A stretch of 64,000 nucleotides of DNA from the NCBI GenBank assembly GCA_017694415.1, contig JADIMW010000015.1, positions 3,638 to 67,637 of the forward strand, in the 5' to 3' direction. Below the pieces are notes generated by a model that was given only the letters and a program-made list of their open reading frames with translations, made no database searches and was not told where the DNA came from. Origin of the DNA: Candidatus Caccoplasma merdipullorum (GTDB lineage: Bacteria > Bacteroidota > Bacteroidia > Bacteroidales > G3-4614). Positions 36,224-46,772 of the stretch are shown here, piece by piece. Each line of letters starts with the position of its first letter. Position 1 is the first letter of the stretch. The position numbers and the translations under genes are program-made.

Positions 36224-37486
36224 ATGATAAGGAAATCGGCACTTTTGATGTTAATAATGTTTATCGCAACGGCGCGTGAAAGGCTGCATGCGGAAGAAAA
36301 AGACACGCTTGCGGTATCGACGGAAAAAAGAATAGAACGCATCGAAAAGAAACTGAAAAAACTGGGCGACTTTTCATTGTCGGGATATATACTGTTGCAG
36401 TGGCAATTGGCGGAAAGTCCCGATGCTATGGGGTTTGCTGCCGGAGGTGCTTTCAACGGAGCGAACAACCGTTTTACGATAAGGGAAGGCCGAATAAAAC
36501 TGACATATACCAAAGGGATAGTTCAGGCTGTATTCCAGCCCGACTTTACCGAACGGGGAGTATCGGTAAAAGACGTTTACATGCGGCTTACTTCTAAAAA
36601 CAAACTCGTTTCCGGGCAGGGCGGAATATTCGACCGTCCGTTCGGATATGAAATAAGCCACTCCGCGGTATTGCGCGAATCGCCCGAACGAAGCCGTCTC
36701 TTCCTGTCGCTTTTCCCGGGAGAGAGAGATGTCGGCGCAGCCGTACACCTTAACGGTTTTAAAAAACTGGAAGGATTTTCACTCAGCGCGGGAGTCTTTA
36801 ACGGAAACGGTGTAGGACGCGAAACGGACAAATACAAGGATTTTATAGGCCGCCTCTCGTGGCTCGGCAATGTAAGGAGCGCAGAAGTGGGCGGAGCATT
36901 CTCGTACTACGAAGGGTCAGTACCGAACCCGGTGGACAACAACTATATATATGTCCCCGGTATCGGATTCAGCCGGCGCAGCGATATAGAAGTCGGCTCG
37001 AGAGCCATACGCCGTTATTTCGGATTCTCGGCCAAGTATAAACAAGAATGGATAGGCGGGAAAACGAATATCCGTGCCGAGTATGTTTTCGGACAGCAGC
37101 CGGGCAACTTCGAGACCAACGCCGACCCGTCGGGTTCTTCCGTCGCGGTAGCAGGATTACCGTTGTATCTGCGCGATTTCCACGGTATGTACCTTATTCT
37201 GGTACACGATATAGCCAAGACGCGCCATACGATAGTCGGCAAGTTCGATTTTTACGACCCCAACCGTCGCATATCCGGCAGCGAGATAGGACTGCTGCAA
37301 AATACAGGAGCAGCCGATGTAAGGTATATAACTTACGGAGTGGGATACATATTCCGCTGGAACAAACATTTGCGCCTTATGGCATATTACGATTTCGTAA
37401 ACAGCGAAAATTGTCCCAATCTGGCAGGGTATGAAACAAGACAGTTGGAAAACGTGTTTACAGCACGCGTACAAGTGAATTTTTAA
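36224..37486 (+). CDS. outer-membrane porin (phosphate-selective OprO/P-like by context)
   Basis: Signal peptide MIRKSALLMLIMFIATA..., beta-barrel pattern, C-terminal ...ARVQVNF. Lies immediately upstream of pstS. Start at the internal ATG 36224. Confidence 0.6.
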   Translation: MIRKSALLMLIMFIATARERLHAEEKDTLAVSTEKRIERIEKKLKKLGDFSLSGYILLQWQLAESPDAMGFAAGGAFNGANNRFTIREGRIKLTYTKGIVQAVFQPDFTERGVSVKDVYMRLTSKNKLVSGQGGIFDRPFGYEISHSAVLRESPERSRLFLSLFPGERDVGAAVHLNGFKKLEGFSLSAGVFNGNGVGRETDKYKDFIGRLSWLGNVRSAEVGGAFSYYEGSVPNPVDNNYIYVPGIGFSRRSDIEVGSRAIRRYFGFSAKYKQEWIGGKTNIRAEYVFGQQPGNFETNADPSGSSVAVAGLPLYLRDFHGMYLILVHDIAKTRHTIVGKFDFYDPNRRISGSEIGLLQNTGAADVRYITYGVGYIFRWNKHLRLMAYYDFVNSENCPNLAGYETRQLENVFTARVQVNF

Positions 37487-37512
37487 TAAACACTCATTAA
37501 TAAGGAAAGAGT

Positions 37513-38322
37513 ATGAAAAAGAGAGTATTGATATTATTATCATTGGCAATATCGCTAAGCGCGGTATCGCAAAAGTTGAAAGGTTCCGACACGCTGCTTC
37601 CCCTTATACAGAAAGAGGCGGAGAACTATATGAAAAAAGGAAAAGGTTCGGTAAGCGTAACGGGCGGCGGTTCGGGAGTAGGCATTGCAGCACTCTCCGA
37701 AGGGAGTACCGATATAGCCATGGCGAGCCGAAAAATAAAGTTCGACGAAAAGCTGAAGCTGCAAGGACAGAAAAAGACGCCCGTAGAAAAAATAATAGCA
37801 TACGACGCGTTGGCAGTGATAGTAAACCCGTCGAACAAAGTCTCGAATCTTACCCGTGAGCAGTTGGAAGGAATCTTTACCGGAAAAATAACCAATTGGA
37901 AACAGGTAGGCGGAGCCGACATGAAGATTGTGGTATATTGCCGCGAGACAAGTTCCGGAACATACGAATTTTTCAAAGAGTCGGTACTTAAAAACAAGAA
38001 CTATATGGCCGCCGCGCTCTCCATGCCCGCCACCGGAGCCATAATACAATCCGTCAGCCAGACACCCGGAGCGATAGGGTATGTAGGACATGCGTACGTG
38101 AACGGCAAAATAAAGACCATAAACGTAAGTTACGACGGCGGAAAAAACTATGTATCGCCCACCTATCAAAATGCAAAGAGCAAGAAATATCCCGTTGTAC
38201 GCCCGTTGCTCCTCTATTACACAAAAGACAAGGAGGCTGCGGTAAAGGGATTCATAAACTATATAATGTCGGCTGAAGGGCAGAAGACAGTAAAAGAGAT
38301 AGGCTATATCGACGTACTTTAA
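37513..38322 (+). CDS. pstS: phosphate ABC transporter substrate-binding protein
   Basis: Signal peptide. GGGSGVG, LTREQLEGIFTGKITNWKQVGG, SSGTYEFF. Confidence 0.92.
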   Translation: MKKRVLILLSLAISLSAVSQKLKGSDTLLPLIQKEAENYMKKGKGSVSVTGGGSGVGIAALSEGSTDIAMASRKIKFDEKLKLQGQKKTPVEKIIAYDALAVIVNPSNKVSNLTREQLEGIFTGKITNWKQVGGADMKIVVYCRETSSGTYEFFKESVLKNKNYMAAALSMPATGAIIQSVSQTPGAIGYVGHAYVNGKIKTINVSYDGGKNYVSPTYQNAKSKKYPVVRPLLLYYTKDKEAAVKGFINYIMSAEGQKTVKEIGYIDVL

Positions 38323-38323
38323 T

Positions 38324-39520
38324 ATGAAACGTTTTTTTGAAACGATAGTAGAGAAGATTCTGATGGCAAGCGGAGCCATAACTTCGCTTACCATCCTTCT
38401 GATAATCATCTTCCTCTTTTCGCAGGGAGCAGGGTTGTTCAACACCCCTGTCGTAGAAGAAGGGTACAAGTTGGCGGTCAATCCCGAAAACCCAGTATCC
38501 GACCTTACGCCGGAAGAGATAAAGGAGATATTCGACGGGGAGATTGTAAACTGGGCGCAGGTAGGAGGGGACGATGAAGATATTGTCGTTTTTCGTTTAA
38601 ACGACGTAACATCGTATGTAAGTGAAGAGGAACTGGGCGAAGGCTATTCGCTGTTACCGCAGTGCCTGTCGCGTATAGTAAGCGAGAACAAACCGATAAT
38701 AGCGTTTCTGCCCGATACGTATATCCCCGAAAACTTTTCCGGGAAAATCCTCGAGACGGGCGATATAAAGCCGTCCGATTTCTTTGCCGGAGAGCAGTGG
38801 TTCCCCACGTCGCAACCCGCACCTCTGTTCGGGATAATCCCTCTGCTGCTCGGAACGCTGTTGGTATCGGTAGCCGCAATCCTCTTTGCATTGCCGCTGG
38901 GACTTGCCGTTGCTATATATATGGCCGAACTGGCATCGACCAAAATGCGCAATATCCTTAAACCCGTTATAGAGTTGCTTGCCGGTATCCCGTCGGTAGT
39001 TTACGGATTCTTCGGGCTGGTGGTGATAGTGCCGATGATACACGACTTTTTCGATTTGCCCGTCGGCGAATCGGGTCTTGCCGGAGCGATAGTATTGGCA
39101 ATAATGGCTTTGCCTACGGTAATAACCGTGGCCGAAGACGCCATACGCAGTGTGCCGCGAACAACCAAGGAAGCCTCGCTCGCACTCGGAGCCTCGCACC
39201 TTCAAACCATATTCCGCGTGATACTGCCGTATTCGGTAAGCGGTATAATGGCGGCGGTGGTTTTGGGTATAGGACGTGCGATAGGGGAGACGATGGCCGT
39301 GCTTATGGTAACCGGAAATTCCGCAGTAATCCCCACAACGCTGCTCGAACCGGTAAGGACGATACCTGCGACGATAGCCGCCGAACTCGGCGAAGCCCCT
39401 TCGGGAGGAGCACATTACGAAGCATTGTTCATGCTGGGAGTAATCCTTTTCATAATAACACTGGCGATAAGCATTACCGTAGAGTTCATATCGGCGCGTC
39501 GCCCCAAACAGCAGATGTAG
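38324..39520 (+). CDS. pstC: phosphate ABC transporter permease PstC with a ~120-aa periplasmic insert
   Basis: The C-terminal ~240 aa form a typical PstC core (EAS.ALGAS motif). The insert after TM1 contains LTPEEIKEIFDGEIVNWAQVGGDDEDIVVF, resembling the PstS motif. Confidence 0.88.
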   Translation: MKRFFETIVEKILMASGAITSLTILLIIIFLFSQGAGLFNTPVVEEGYKLAVNPENPVSDLTPEEIKEIFDGEIVNWAQVGGDDEDIVVFRLNDVTSYVSEEELGEGYSLLPQCLSRIVSENKPIIAFLPDTYIPENFSGKILETGDIKPSDFFAGEQWFPTSQPAPLFGIIPLLLGTLLVSVAAILFALPLGLAVAIYMAELASTKMRNILKPVIELLAGIPSVVYGFFGLVVIVPMIHDFFDLPVGESGLAGAIVLAIMALPTVITVAEDAIRSVPRTTKEASLALGASHLQTIFRVILPYSVSGIMAAVVLGIGRAIGETMAVLMVTGNSAVIPTTLLEPVRTIPATIAAELGEAPSGGAHYEALFMLGVILFIITLAISITVEFISARRPKQQM

Positions 39521-39521
39521 T

Positions 39522-40373
39522 ATGACACGAAAACAAAAAACTGAAGTAGCCGTATTCTGGAGCTTTCGGCTTATGGCGGCAGCAGTGGTAGGTATTCTGG
39601 CATGGATACTCGGTTTCCTTATAATAAAAGGAGCAGGAGTAGTGTCGTGGGAGTTCTTTACCGAGATGCCGAGCGACGGGATGACCTCCGGAGGAATACT
39701 GTCGGCCATAGTCGGGACGCTCTGCCTTACTGTCGGTTCCATAATATTCGCATTCCCGATAGGCGTAATGTCCGGAATCTATACGACGGAGTACGCCCCC
39801 AATAATTTCGTGGTGAAATTCATACGCGTCATGACGAACAACCTCTCGGGAATACCGTCGATAATATTCGGCCTTTTCGGTATGACGCTTTTCGTAAACA
39901 CCCTCGGATTCGGCGACAGTATCCTGGCAGGTTCGCTTACTCTCGGACTGCTGGCATTGCCGATAGTGATAAGGACAACCGAAGAGGCGTTGAAAGCAAT
40001 ACCCGACATGTATCGCAACGGCAGCAGGGCTTTGGGCGCAACCAAACTGCAGACGATACGCAAGGTGATACTCCCTATGGCCATGCCCAACATAGTTACG
40101 GGGCTGATACTTGCCGTCGGCCGGGTATCGGGCGAAACGGCACCGATACTCTTTACCGTGGCGGCGTACTTCCTTCCCTCGCTCCCGACGTCAATATTTG
40201 ATCAGGTAATGGCGCTGCCGTACCACCTTTACGTCCTCGCCACAAGCGGAACCGACCTCGAGGCTTCGCGTCCCATGGCATACGGTACGGCATTGGTACT
40301 GATAATAATAGTGCTTATAATAAATATATCGGCAACATTGCTGAGAGGATATTTCGGCAAAAAACTAAAATAG
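39522..40373 (+). CDS. pstA: phosphate ABC transporter permease
   Basis: 283 aa, 6 TM, EAL..IP....NGSRALGATK motif. Confidence 0.92.
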   Translation: MTRKQKTEVAVFWSFRLMAAAVVGILAWILGFLIIKGAGVVSWEFFTEMPSDGMTSGGILSAIVGTLCLTVGSIIFAFPIGVMSGIYTTEYAPNNFVVKFIRVMTNNLSGIPSIIFGLFGMTLFVNTLGFGDSILAGSLTLGLLALPIVIRTTEEALKAIPDMYRNGSRALGATKLQTIRKVILPMAMPNIVTGLILAVGRVSGETAPILFTVAAYFLPSLPTSIFDQVMALPYHLYVLATSGTDLEASRPMAYGTALVLIIIVLIINISATLLRGYFGKKLK

Positions 40374-40376
40374 AAC

Positions 40377-41129
40377 ATGAATATAATAACAGCAAAAGAT
40401 GTCAATTTTTACTATGGCGATTTCCATGCCATAAAAGGCGTCTCCATCGAAATAGAAAAAAATACGGTAACAGCATTCATCGGCCCGTCGGGATGCGGAA
40501 AATCGACGTTCCTCCGCCTTATCAACCGCATGAACGACCTTATAGACGGAAGCCGTCTGACGGGAGAGATAACGGTTGAAGGCGAAAACATATACAGGAA
40601 AGGAATAAACGTGGATATGTTGCGTGCTAAAGTAGGTATGGTGTTTCAAAAACCCAATCCGTTCCCCAAATCGATATTCGAGAATGTCGCCTACGGGTTG
40701 CGCATAGCAGGGGTGCGGGACAGAGTCTATATAGAAGAAACGGTCGAGAACTCGTTACGCGGAGCCGCTTTGTGGGACGAGGTAAAAGACAAGTTGAAAA
40801 AGTCGGCTTTCGAACTCTCGGGAGGACAGCAGCAGCGTTTGTGTATAGCCCGTGCATTGGCCGTAAAACCGCGCATAATACTCATGGACGAACCCGCATC
40901 TGCACTCGACCCCCTCTCAACCTCTAAAATAGAGGATCTTATATATTCGCTAAAAAACGACTACACGATAGTAATAGTTACCCACAACATGCAACAGGCG
41001 GCGAGGGTTTCCGACAAGACGGCCTTTTTCTATTTGGGCGAACTTATAGAATACGACGATACCCGCAAGATGTTTACCAAACCGCAGAAGGAGGCCACGC
41101 AGAACTATATAACAGGACGATTCGGATAG
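40377..41129 (+). CDS. pstB: phosphate ABC transporter ATP-binding protein
   Basis: Walker [10 protein letters not shown], signature LSGGQQQRL, Walker B ILMDEP. Confidence 0.96.
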   Translation: MNIITAKDVNFYYGDFHAIKGVSIEIEKNTVTAFIGPSGCGKSTFLRLINRMNDLIDGSRLTGEITVEGENIYRKGINVDMLRAKVGMVFQKPNPFPKSIFENVAYGLRIAGVRDRVYIEETVENSLRGAALWDEVKDKLKKSAFELSGGQQQRLCIARALAVKPRIILMDEPASALDPLSTSKIEDLIYSLKNDYTIVIVTHNMQQAARVSDKTAFFYLGELIEYDDTRKMFTKPQKEATQNYITGRFG

Positions 41130-41161
41130 AAAAACCGTTTAAGCATAAAAACAGAAAAGAC

Positions 41162-41827
41162 ATGAAACATACCGACAGTGAAGTGAAGAAACTGAAAAAT
41201 TACCATATAGAGATGTGGAATTTGGTTCAGGAACAGATAGACAAATCCTTTGCAGCATTGAAAAACAACGACAAGGAAGCTGCACGCGAAGTAATCTCAC
41301 GCGAACGTATGGTAAACGCTCAGGAGTTGGTGGTCGATCACCACTGCGAAGATTTTATAGCTATGTTCTCTCCTGTGGCAATCGACTTACGTTTTGTAAT
41401 ATCGCTGATAAAGATAACCAACAATCTCGAACGCATAGGCGACTTTGCCAAAGGAATAGCCACGTTCGTCATAGAGCAGCAGAGCAAGGCGATAGATGCA
41501 AAACTATCCGAAGAGTTGTCGCTCGACAAGATGATGGAAAATGCACGGGACATGCTTACGCTTGCACGCGAAGCCCTTATCGAAGAAGATACCGCACTCT
41601 GCCGCCGCGTCCTTATGATGGACGACCTTATGGACGACATAAACCGTAACGCCCCGCAAGTTCTGGGACGCCACATACAGGCACATCCCGAGACGGCCGA
41701 AGAGATGATACGCCTCTATTCGCTTATACGCCGAATCGAACGCATAGGCGACCGGACGAGCAATATCGCCGAAGAGATTGTATTCTATGTCGATGCCAAG
41801 GAGCTGCGTCATCAAAAAAAGTTATAA
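41162..41827 (+). CDS. phoU: phosphate signalling complex protein PhoU
   Basis: 221 aa with two repeats carrying the E(R)IGD motif (LERIGDFA and IERIGDRT). Confidence 0.92.
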   Translation: MKHTDSEVKKLKNYHIEMWNLVQEQIDKSFAALKNNDKEAAREVISRERMVNAQELVVDHHCEDFIAMFSPVAIDLRFVISLIKITNNLERIGDFAKGIATFVIEQQSKAIDAKLSEELSLDKMMENARDMLTLAREALIEEDTALCRRVLMMDDLMDDINRNAPQVLGRHIQAHPETAEEMIRLYSLIRRIERIGDRTSNIAEEIVFYVDAKELRHQKKL

Positions 41828-41860
41828 CTTTGTATAAAAACAGAGCAAATATCTTCCGCA

Positions 41861-42538
41861 ATGAAACCAAAGATACTGATAGTAGATGACGAAGTCGATT
41901 TGTTGGACATACTCGCATACAACCTCAGCAAGAGCGGGTATGAAATAGATACCGCCAAATCGGGCGAAGATGCGCTCGAAACAATAACACATAATCCGTC
42001 GGCCTATTCATTGATATTGCTCGACGTGATGATGTCCGGAATGAACGGATTCCAAACCGCCGAGAAGCTTCGCGAAAGCGGCGATGACACTCCGGTAATA
42101 TTCCTTACCGCACTCGATACCGAGTCGGATTTGTTGCGGGGGTTCTCCGTCGGCGCCGACGATTACATATCCAAACCCTTTTCCATAAAAGAAGTGATAG
42201 CGCGGGTAAAAGCCGTAATATCGCGTTCGCCGCACAAAAGCGGAGCAATAAAGGTAGCGGGAATAACAATCGACAAAAACGCAAAAACCGTATCCGTAGC
42301 AGACGAAGTCGTCAATCTCACAAAAACAGAGTACCAGTTGTTGCTGACCATGGCACAAGAACCCGGACGGATATTCTCCCGCGAAGAACTTATGGACAGG
42401 GTCTGGGGCGACGGATGCTTTGTCGAAGCCCGGACAGTAGATGTCCATATAACCCGGTTGAGGAAAAAACTCGGACATGCCGGCGAAGCGATAGTAAACA
42501 GGAGCGGTTACGGATATTGCATAAAAGAAAAAGAATAA
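41861..42538 (+). CDS. OmpR/PhoB-family response regulator (PhoB-like by context)
   Basis: Receiver domain (ILIVDDE, LLDVMM, acceptor Asp) plus a winged-helix output domain (LTKTEYQLL, VDVHITRLRKK). Confidence 0.88.
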   Translation: MKPKILIVDDEVDLLDILAYNLSKSGYEIDTAKSGEDALETITHNPSAYSLILLDVMMSGMNGFQTAEKLRESGDDTPVIFLTALDTESDLLRGFSVGADDYISKPFSIKEVIARVKAVISRSPHKSGAIKVAGITIDKNAKTVSVADEVVNLTKTEYQLLLTMAQEPGRIFSREELMDRVWGDGCFVEARTVDVHITRLRKKLGHAGEAIVNRSGYGYCIKEKE

Positions 42539-42607
42539 CGGGCAGCTGACAAAACCGCCCGTAAACCGGCGCAAACCGGGAAAGACATAAAAAGACAGAA
42601 AAGTTAT

Positions 42608-43861
42608 ATGAAAATAAATTACCGACACAGGTTGTTTCTCTATTTCTTCGCCGTATTCACGATATTTACCGTAATGGTCGTTGCATACCAGCAGATGCGT
42701 GAGCGCGAGTACAAAAAAGAGAAACTCATGGAGAACCTCGACGTATATTCGCAACTGATAGAAAAGCACGGGCGCAAGGAACTGCTGCCGTCGCTTCTGC
42801 GCATAACAATAATGGACAAAGGAGGGCGCGTGTTGTACGACAACGATGCCGACACCGCGAAAGGAGTATTACCAAATCATTTCGACCGTCCCGAAATAGC
42901 ACAGGCGTCAGCAACAGGAAAAGGGTGGAGCATACGCCGCTCGGCAACCCTCGACAAGCCGCTGCTCTATTATGCCCGCACAACACCCGACGGATACATA
43001 CGCGTAGCGCTTCCGTACGATTACGAAGCAAAAGAGATGCTGCAGCCCGACAAAACCTTTTTGGCGTACGTATTGGTTCTGTTCGTAATATCATTGGTAC
43101 TGTTATGGTTTGTCGCCCGTCGTTTCGGTTACGACATGGAACGACTCAAAGCAGGCATAATAGCACAGCAGACTGCAAAAGCCGCGCTGAAGAGCGAGAT
43201 GACAAGTGCCATATCGCACGAGCTGCGCACACCTGTAAGTGCGATACGCGGATATACCGAAACATTGCTCGATACGGATATGCCTGATGAAAAACGCGCA
43301 TTATTTATAGAACGGACGCATGCTTCGGCCGTAAGGCTCTCCGAACTCCTTCGCGACATATCGTTGCTTACCAAGATTGAAGAGAGCGACGAAGCGTTCA
43401 ATAAGGAAGACATAGACATAAAAGGCATCATAGCCAAAGTGCAAGAGGAGTTCGACAAGCAAATAACGTCCAATTCAATAAAAGTCTCCGTTAATATTCC
43501 CGACGGCGTCAAGGTATCTGGGAACTATACTCTCATATATTCCATATTCCGCAACCTGACGGAGAATGCCGTAAAATATGCAGGCAAGTGGATAACGCTC
43601 CAGTACAATCTCGTGCGGGGAGATGACAAATTCTACTATTTCGAGGTATGCGACAGCGGACAAGGAGTAAAGGCAAAGGACCTCGACAGGATATTCGAAC
43701 GCTTTTACCGGGGCGAAAACAGCGGACGTTCCCGCGAAGACGGAGGTTCGGGGCTGGGACTTGCCATAGTGCGGCATGCGGTACTTCGACATGGCGGAGA
43801 AATAAGCGCATCCGACAACCCCGGAGGAGGTCTGCGAATCAGTTTCTCATTACAGAGATAA
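42608..43861 (+). CDS. sensor histidine kinase (PhoR-like by context)
   Basis: Two TM helices, H-box SHELRTP, N/G boxes (NAVKY, DSGQGV, GGSGLGLAIV). Confidence 0.85.
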   Translation: MKINYRHRLFLYFFAVFTIFTVMVVAYQQMREREYKKEKLMENLDVYSQLIEKHGRKELLPSLLRITIMDKGGRVLYDNDADTAKGVLPNHFDRPEIAQASATGKGWSIRRSATLDKPLLYYARTTPDGYIRVALPYDYEAKEMLQPDKTFLAYVLVLFVISLVLLWFVARRFGYDMERLKAGIIAQQTAKAALKSEMTSAISHELRTPVSAIRGYTETLLDTDMPDEKRALFIERTHASAVRLSELLRDISLLTKIEESDEAFNKEDIDIKGIIAKVQEEFDKQITSNSIKVSVNIPDGVKVSGNYTLIYSIFRNLTENAVKYAGKWITLQYNLVRGDDKFYYFEVCDSGQGVKAKDLDRIFERFYRGENSGRSREDGGSGLGLAIVRHAVLRHGGEISASDNPGGGLRISFSLQR

Positions 43862-43889
43862 AACAGCAATAAACCCACCAACGCACAAC

Positions 43890-43935
43890 GAGATGCAATT
43901 ATCGGATGAAATCCGACAAATGCATCTCTTTTTTA
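43890..43935 (+). terminator. intrinsic terminator of the pst-pho operon
   Basis: GAGATGCA (43890-43897) ... TGCATCTC (43921-43928) with an inner ATCGGAT/ATCCGA helix, followed by TTTTTTATT. Confidence 0.7.
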
Positions 43936-44099
43936 TTCTTCCGAAAAGCATACTGTAAAAATTGCGCGTATTGGAGATTTTAAGTAAATTGGCCGTAAAT
44001 AACAGCAAATACAGTATGACACATAAAAGAATATTCATAACCCTCGTATTGAGCGGTTTGTTTATAACGCAACAGCCCCGGTCGTTACGACAAACAGAT

Positions 44100-44107
44100 T
44101 ATCTTCG
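44100..44107 (+). promoter_or_regulatory. possible -7 box (TATCTTCG) for aguA
   Basis: Near-consensus box 44 nt upstream of the ATG. Confidence 0.3.
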
Positions 44108-44150
44108 CAATCTCAAACTTTCCGAATAAAACAAGAAACAGACAACGCGG

Positions 44151-45209
44151 ATGAAAAGATACATATTGCCTCCCGAATGGGCCGAACAAAGCGGAATACA
44201 ATTAACGTGGCCGCATAAGGATACCGACTGGAACTATATGCTCGATGAAGTTACAGAGTGTTACGTACGTATAGCAGTTGAAATATCGCGCCGTGAAAAA
44301 CTTCTTATCGTAACTCCGCACCCCGAAGACGTGGAGAGATTGTTGGAGGGTAAGGCATGTAAAGAACGGATTCGTTATGTAGAAGCGCCGACAGATGATA
44401 CATGGGCTCGCGACCACGGAGGCATAACCGTATATGACGGCGATACGCGGAAATACGTAATACTCGATTTCGGCTTTAACGGCTGGGGCAACAAATTCCG
44501 ACATTCGTTGGACAATGCCGTAACCCGCCGTTGTTTTTCAGAAGGGGTTTTAGATGCCGGGTATGAGGACAACAACGATTTCATACTCGAAGGCGGTTCG
44601 ATAGAGTGCGACGGCGATTCTACGCTGATGACCACAACCGAATGCCTTATGTCGCAAGAGCGCAATCCTGCGCTGAGCCGAGGAGAAATAGAAGCACGCC
44701 TCAAAAAGAAGTTCGGCGTTTCAAACATAATATGGTTGGAACACGGCCGGCTCGAAGGTGATGATACCGACGGGCATATCGATACTCTTGCCCGTTTTGC
44801 CCCCGACAATACAATCCTTTATGTAAGGTGCAGCGATGCGGCCGATACGCATTACGAAGAGTTGGCCGAAATGGAAAAGGAGATTTTAAAAGCCCGCAAC
44901 ATACATGGAGAGCCGTACCGCACGATACCTCTCCCTATGGCAGATGCCGTGTTTGCCGACGGCGAAAGATTGCCTGCAACATACGCCAATTTTTTGATAA
45001 TGAACGGAGCGGTCCTGTACCCGACATATTCGCAGTCCGAGAACGACCGTGATGCGGCAGTCGCCCTGTCAAAAGCCTTCCCCGGATATGAAATAGTGGG
45101 AATCGACTGTTTGCCGCTTATAAAGCAACACGGGTCGTTGCACTGTATAACCATGCAGTATCCTAAAGGCGTGTTGAAACCGGCGGCATTCACTAAACAG
45201 AACAGGTAG
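44151..45209 (+). CDS. aguA: agmatine deiminase
   Basis: 352 aa. PPEWAEQSGIQLTWPH, WARDHGG, GGSIE.DG, catalytic Cys context GSLHCITMQ. Confidence 0.9.
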   Translation: MKRYILPPEWAEQSGIQLTWPHKDTDWNYMLDEVTECYVRIAVEISRREKLLIVTPHPEDVERLLEGKACKERIRYVEAPTDDTWARDHGGITVYDGDTRKYVILDFGFNGWGNKFRHSLDNAVTRRCFSEGVLDAGYEDNNDFILEGGSIECDGDSTLMTTTECLMSQERNPALSRGEIEARLKKKFGVSNIIWLEHGRLEGDDTDGHIDTLARFAPDNTILYVRCSDAADTHYEELAEMEKEILKARNIHGEPYRTIPLPMADAVFADGERLPATYANFLIMNGAVLYPTYSQSENDRDAAVALSKAFPGYEIVGIDCLPLIKQHGSLHCITMQYPKGVLKPAAFTKQNR

Positions 45210-45238
45210 CAAGTAAAACATAAATACCGGATTCCGAC

Positions 45239-46150
45239 ATGGTACAGGAGAAAAGCGGCAAAACATTTTGCGGGATATTGCACAAAGACATACCGTATGC
45301 AACATACGGCGATATAACAGTGTCGCTCGATATATACGCGCCTGCAATATCGGAATCCGCACGTGTGCCGGTTCTGCTTTTCCTGCACGGCGGAAGTTGG
45401 ATACGCGGCGACAAAACGACAATAGCAAAAGGGTACAAAAACAAACTGCTCGGCGTTTTCATCGAGGCGGGCTATGCAGTAGTGTCGGCCGATTACAGAC
45501 TTGCAGGATATGGCGCTACGTTGCGGGAACAGATTGTCGATTGCCGCAATATGATAAACTGGATATGTAAAAACGCGTCGCTATACAATCTCGACAAGGA
45601 CAATATCGGCATCTGGGGCTCATCGGCAGGAGCGCATATAGCGATGTATGCGGCATACTCGGCTTCCGAAACTCAGGCTTCGGGAGTCCCCGTCGGCACG
45701 GAAGTCGGAAAGGTGGCATATATCATAGACAACTTTGCACCCGTAAATATCCCGTCGTTATTGAAACCGCACCTTCCGTATATTGCGGAAATGGCCGTAA
45801 AGGTTTTTGCCCGAGAGAGGTATATGCGGAGGCGTGTCATGCTTGAAGCACTTACCGGATACGATATTTCGGATAAAGAGAACATCTGCCGTTTCTGCAA
45901 GGAGTATTCCCTCGACAATATGGAGATAGCCGCTAAAGTCCCGACACTTATATTACACGGAACAGGCGACAAGGTTGTCCCTTACACCCATTCGGTGAAG
46001 ATGTACGACAAACTGAAAATGTGCGGAGTTGATGCGGAGATGTATTTGTATGAGGGACTCGACCACGGTTTCCTCGGCTACACCGATACCGACCTCGACG
46101 ATATAGCTTGCCGTTCGCTTATGTTCGCACGGAAACATACCCGCAAATAA
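45239..46150 (+). CDS. alpha/beta hydrolase (esterase/lipase-like)
   Basis: HGGSW oxyanion motif, nucleophile elbow GSSAGAH, C-terminal HGTGDKVV and DHGF. Confidence 0.75.
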   Translation: MVQEKSGKTFCGILHKDIPYATYGDITVSLDIYAPAISESARVPVLLFLHGGSWIRGDKTTIAKGYKNKLLGVFIEAGYAVVSADYRLAGYGATLREQIVDCRNMINWICKNASLYNLDKDNIGIWGSSAGAHIAMYAAYSASETQASGVPVGTEVGKVAYIIDNFAPVNIPSLLKPHLPYIAEMAVKVFARERYMRRRVMLEALTGYDISDKENICRFCKEYSLDNMEIAAKVPTLILHGTGDKVVPYTHSVKMYDKLKMCGVDAEMYLYEGLDHGFLGYTDTDLDDIACRSLMFARKHTRK

Positions 46151-46178
46151 AGCGAAGTGCATCCAATGCCTTCGCTTT
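46149..46178. terminator. hairpin between convergent hydrolase and luxS genes
   Basis: AAAGCGAAG (46149-46157) / CTTCGCTTT (46170-46178). Confidence 0.45.
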
Positions 46179-46288
46179 ATGCCGTTATTTTTAAGTATTG
46201 CAACTTTAGTCGGATAACGGAAATTTTTCCATACGGATTCTCTTTACAGCTTTTTCCGTACGATGTTGCGTTCTACTCTTATCCTCGT

Positions 46289-46768
46289 TTATGCAGGGTA
46301 ATACAGATTCTCTTCTGTAATTACGTTCAGCACCTCGTTAAGATATATTTCCGCTTCGCGTTTTGCCCCATCCAGACTGTGGCACGAATAATTGCCGCAA
46401 TCTTTCGGTTCAGTACCGGGAACAATACCTGTATAATCGCGAATAAATTCGAAGGTCCTTTTCATCAGTTCCACAATATCGCGGCTTTCATAATCCCCTG
46501 CCAAAATAAGGTAATTCCCCGTACAGCAACCCATAGGGCCCCAGTAAACGATTTTGTCTTTCCATTCGGCATCATTCCGCAGGTATGTGGCAGCGAGGTG
46601 TTCAATCGTATGCAACGCCTCCTGCGACATTACGGCTTGACGGTTAGGCTCTTTCATCCGTATATCGAATGTGGTAAGAGTTACATCCCCTATATGGTCT
46701 TTCCTCGAAACGTATATCCCGCGCAAAAGCCTGTTGTGGTCTATTGTAAAACTCGGTATCTTCTCCAT
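46289..46768 (-). CDS. luxS: S-ribosylhomocysteine lyase
   Basis: 159 aa. Metal-binding HTIEHL motif and the GPMGCCTG block. Confidence 0.93.
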   Translation of the reverse strand: MEKIPSFTIDHNRLLRGIYVSRKDHIGDVTLTTFDIRMKEPNRQAVMSQEALHTIEHLAATYLRNDAEWKDKIVYWGPMGCCTGNYLILAGDYESRDIVELMKRTFEFIRDYTGIVPGTEPKDCGNYSCHSLDGAKREAEIYLNEVLNVITEENLYYPA

Positions 46769-46772
46769 CTCA

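Noticed and set aside
37555-39742. 308-aa and 362-aa minus-strand ORFs (37555-38481, 38654-39742)
   Set aside because: They are antisense shadows of pstS, pstC and pstA. They are Arg/Tyr/Cys-rich with no signal or motif, whereas the + strand genes have textbook signatures.
44016-44129. 37-codon ORF MTHKRIFITLVLSGLFITQQ... with a signal-peptide-like start upstream of aguA
   Set aside because: It is very short, overlaps the putative aguA promoter box and has no recognisable mature domain. It could be a remnant N-terminus but is unsupported.
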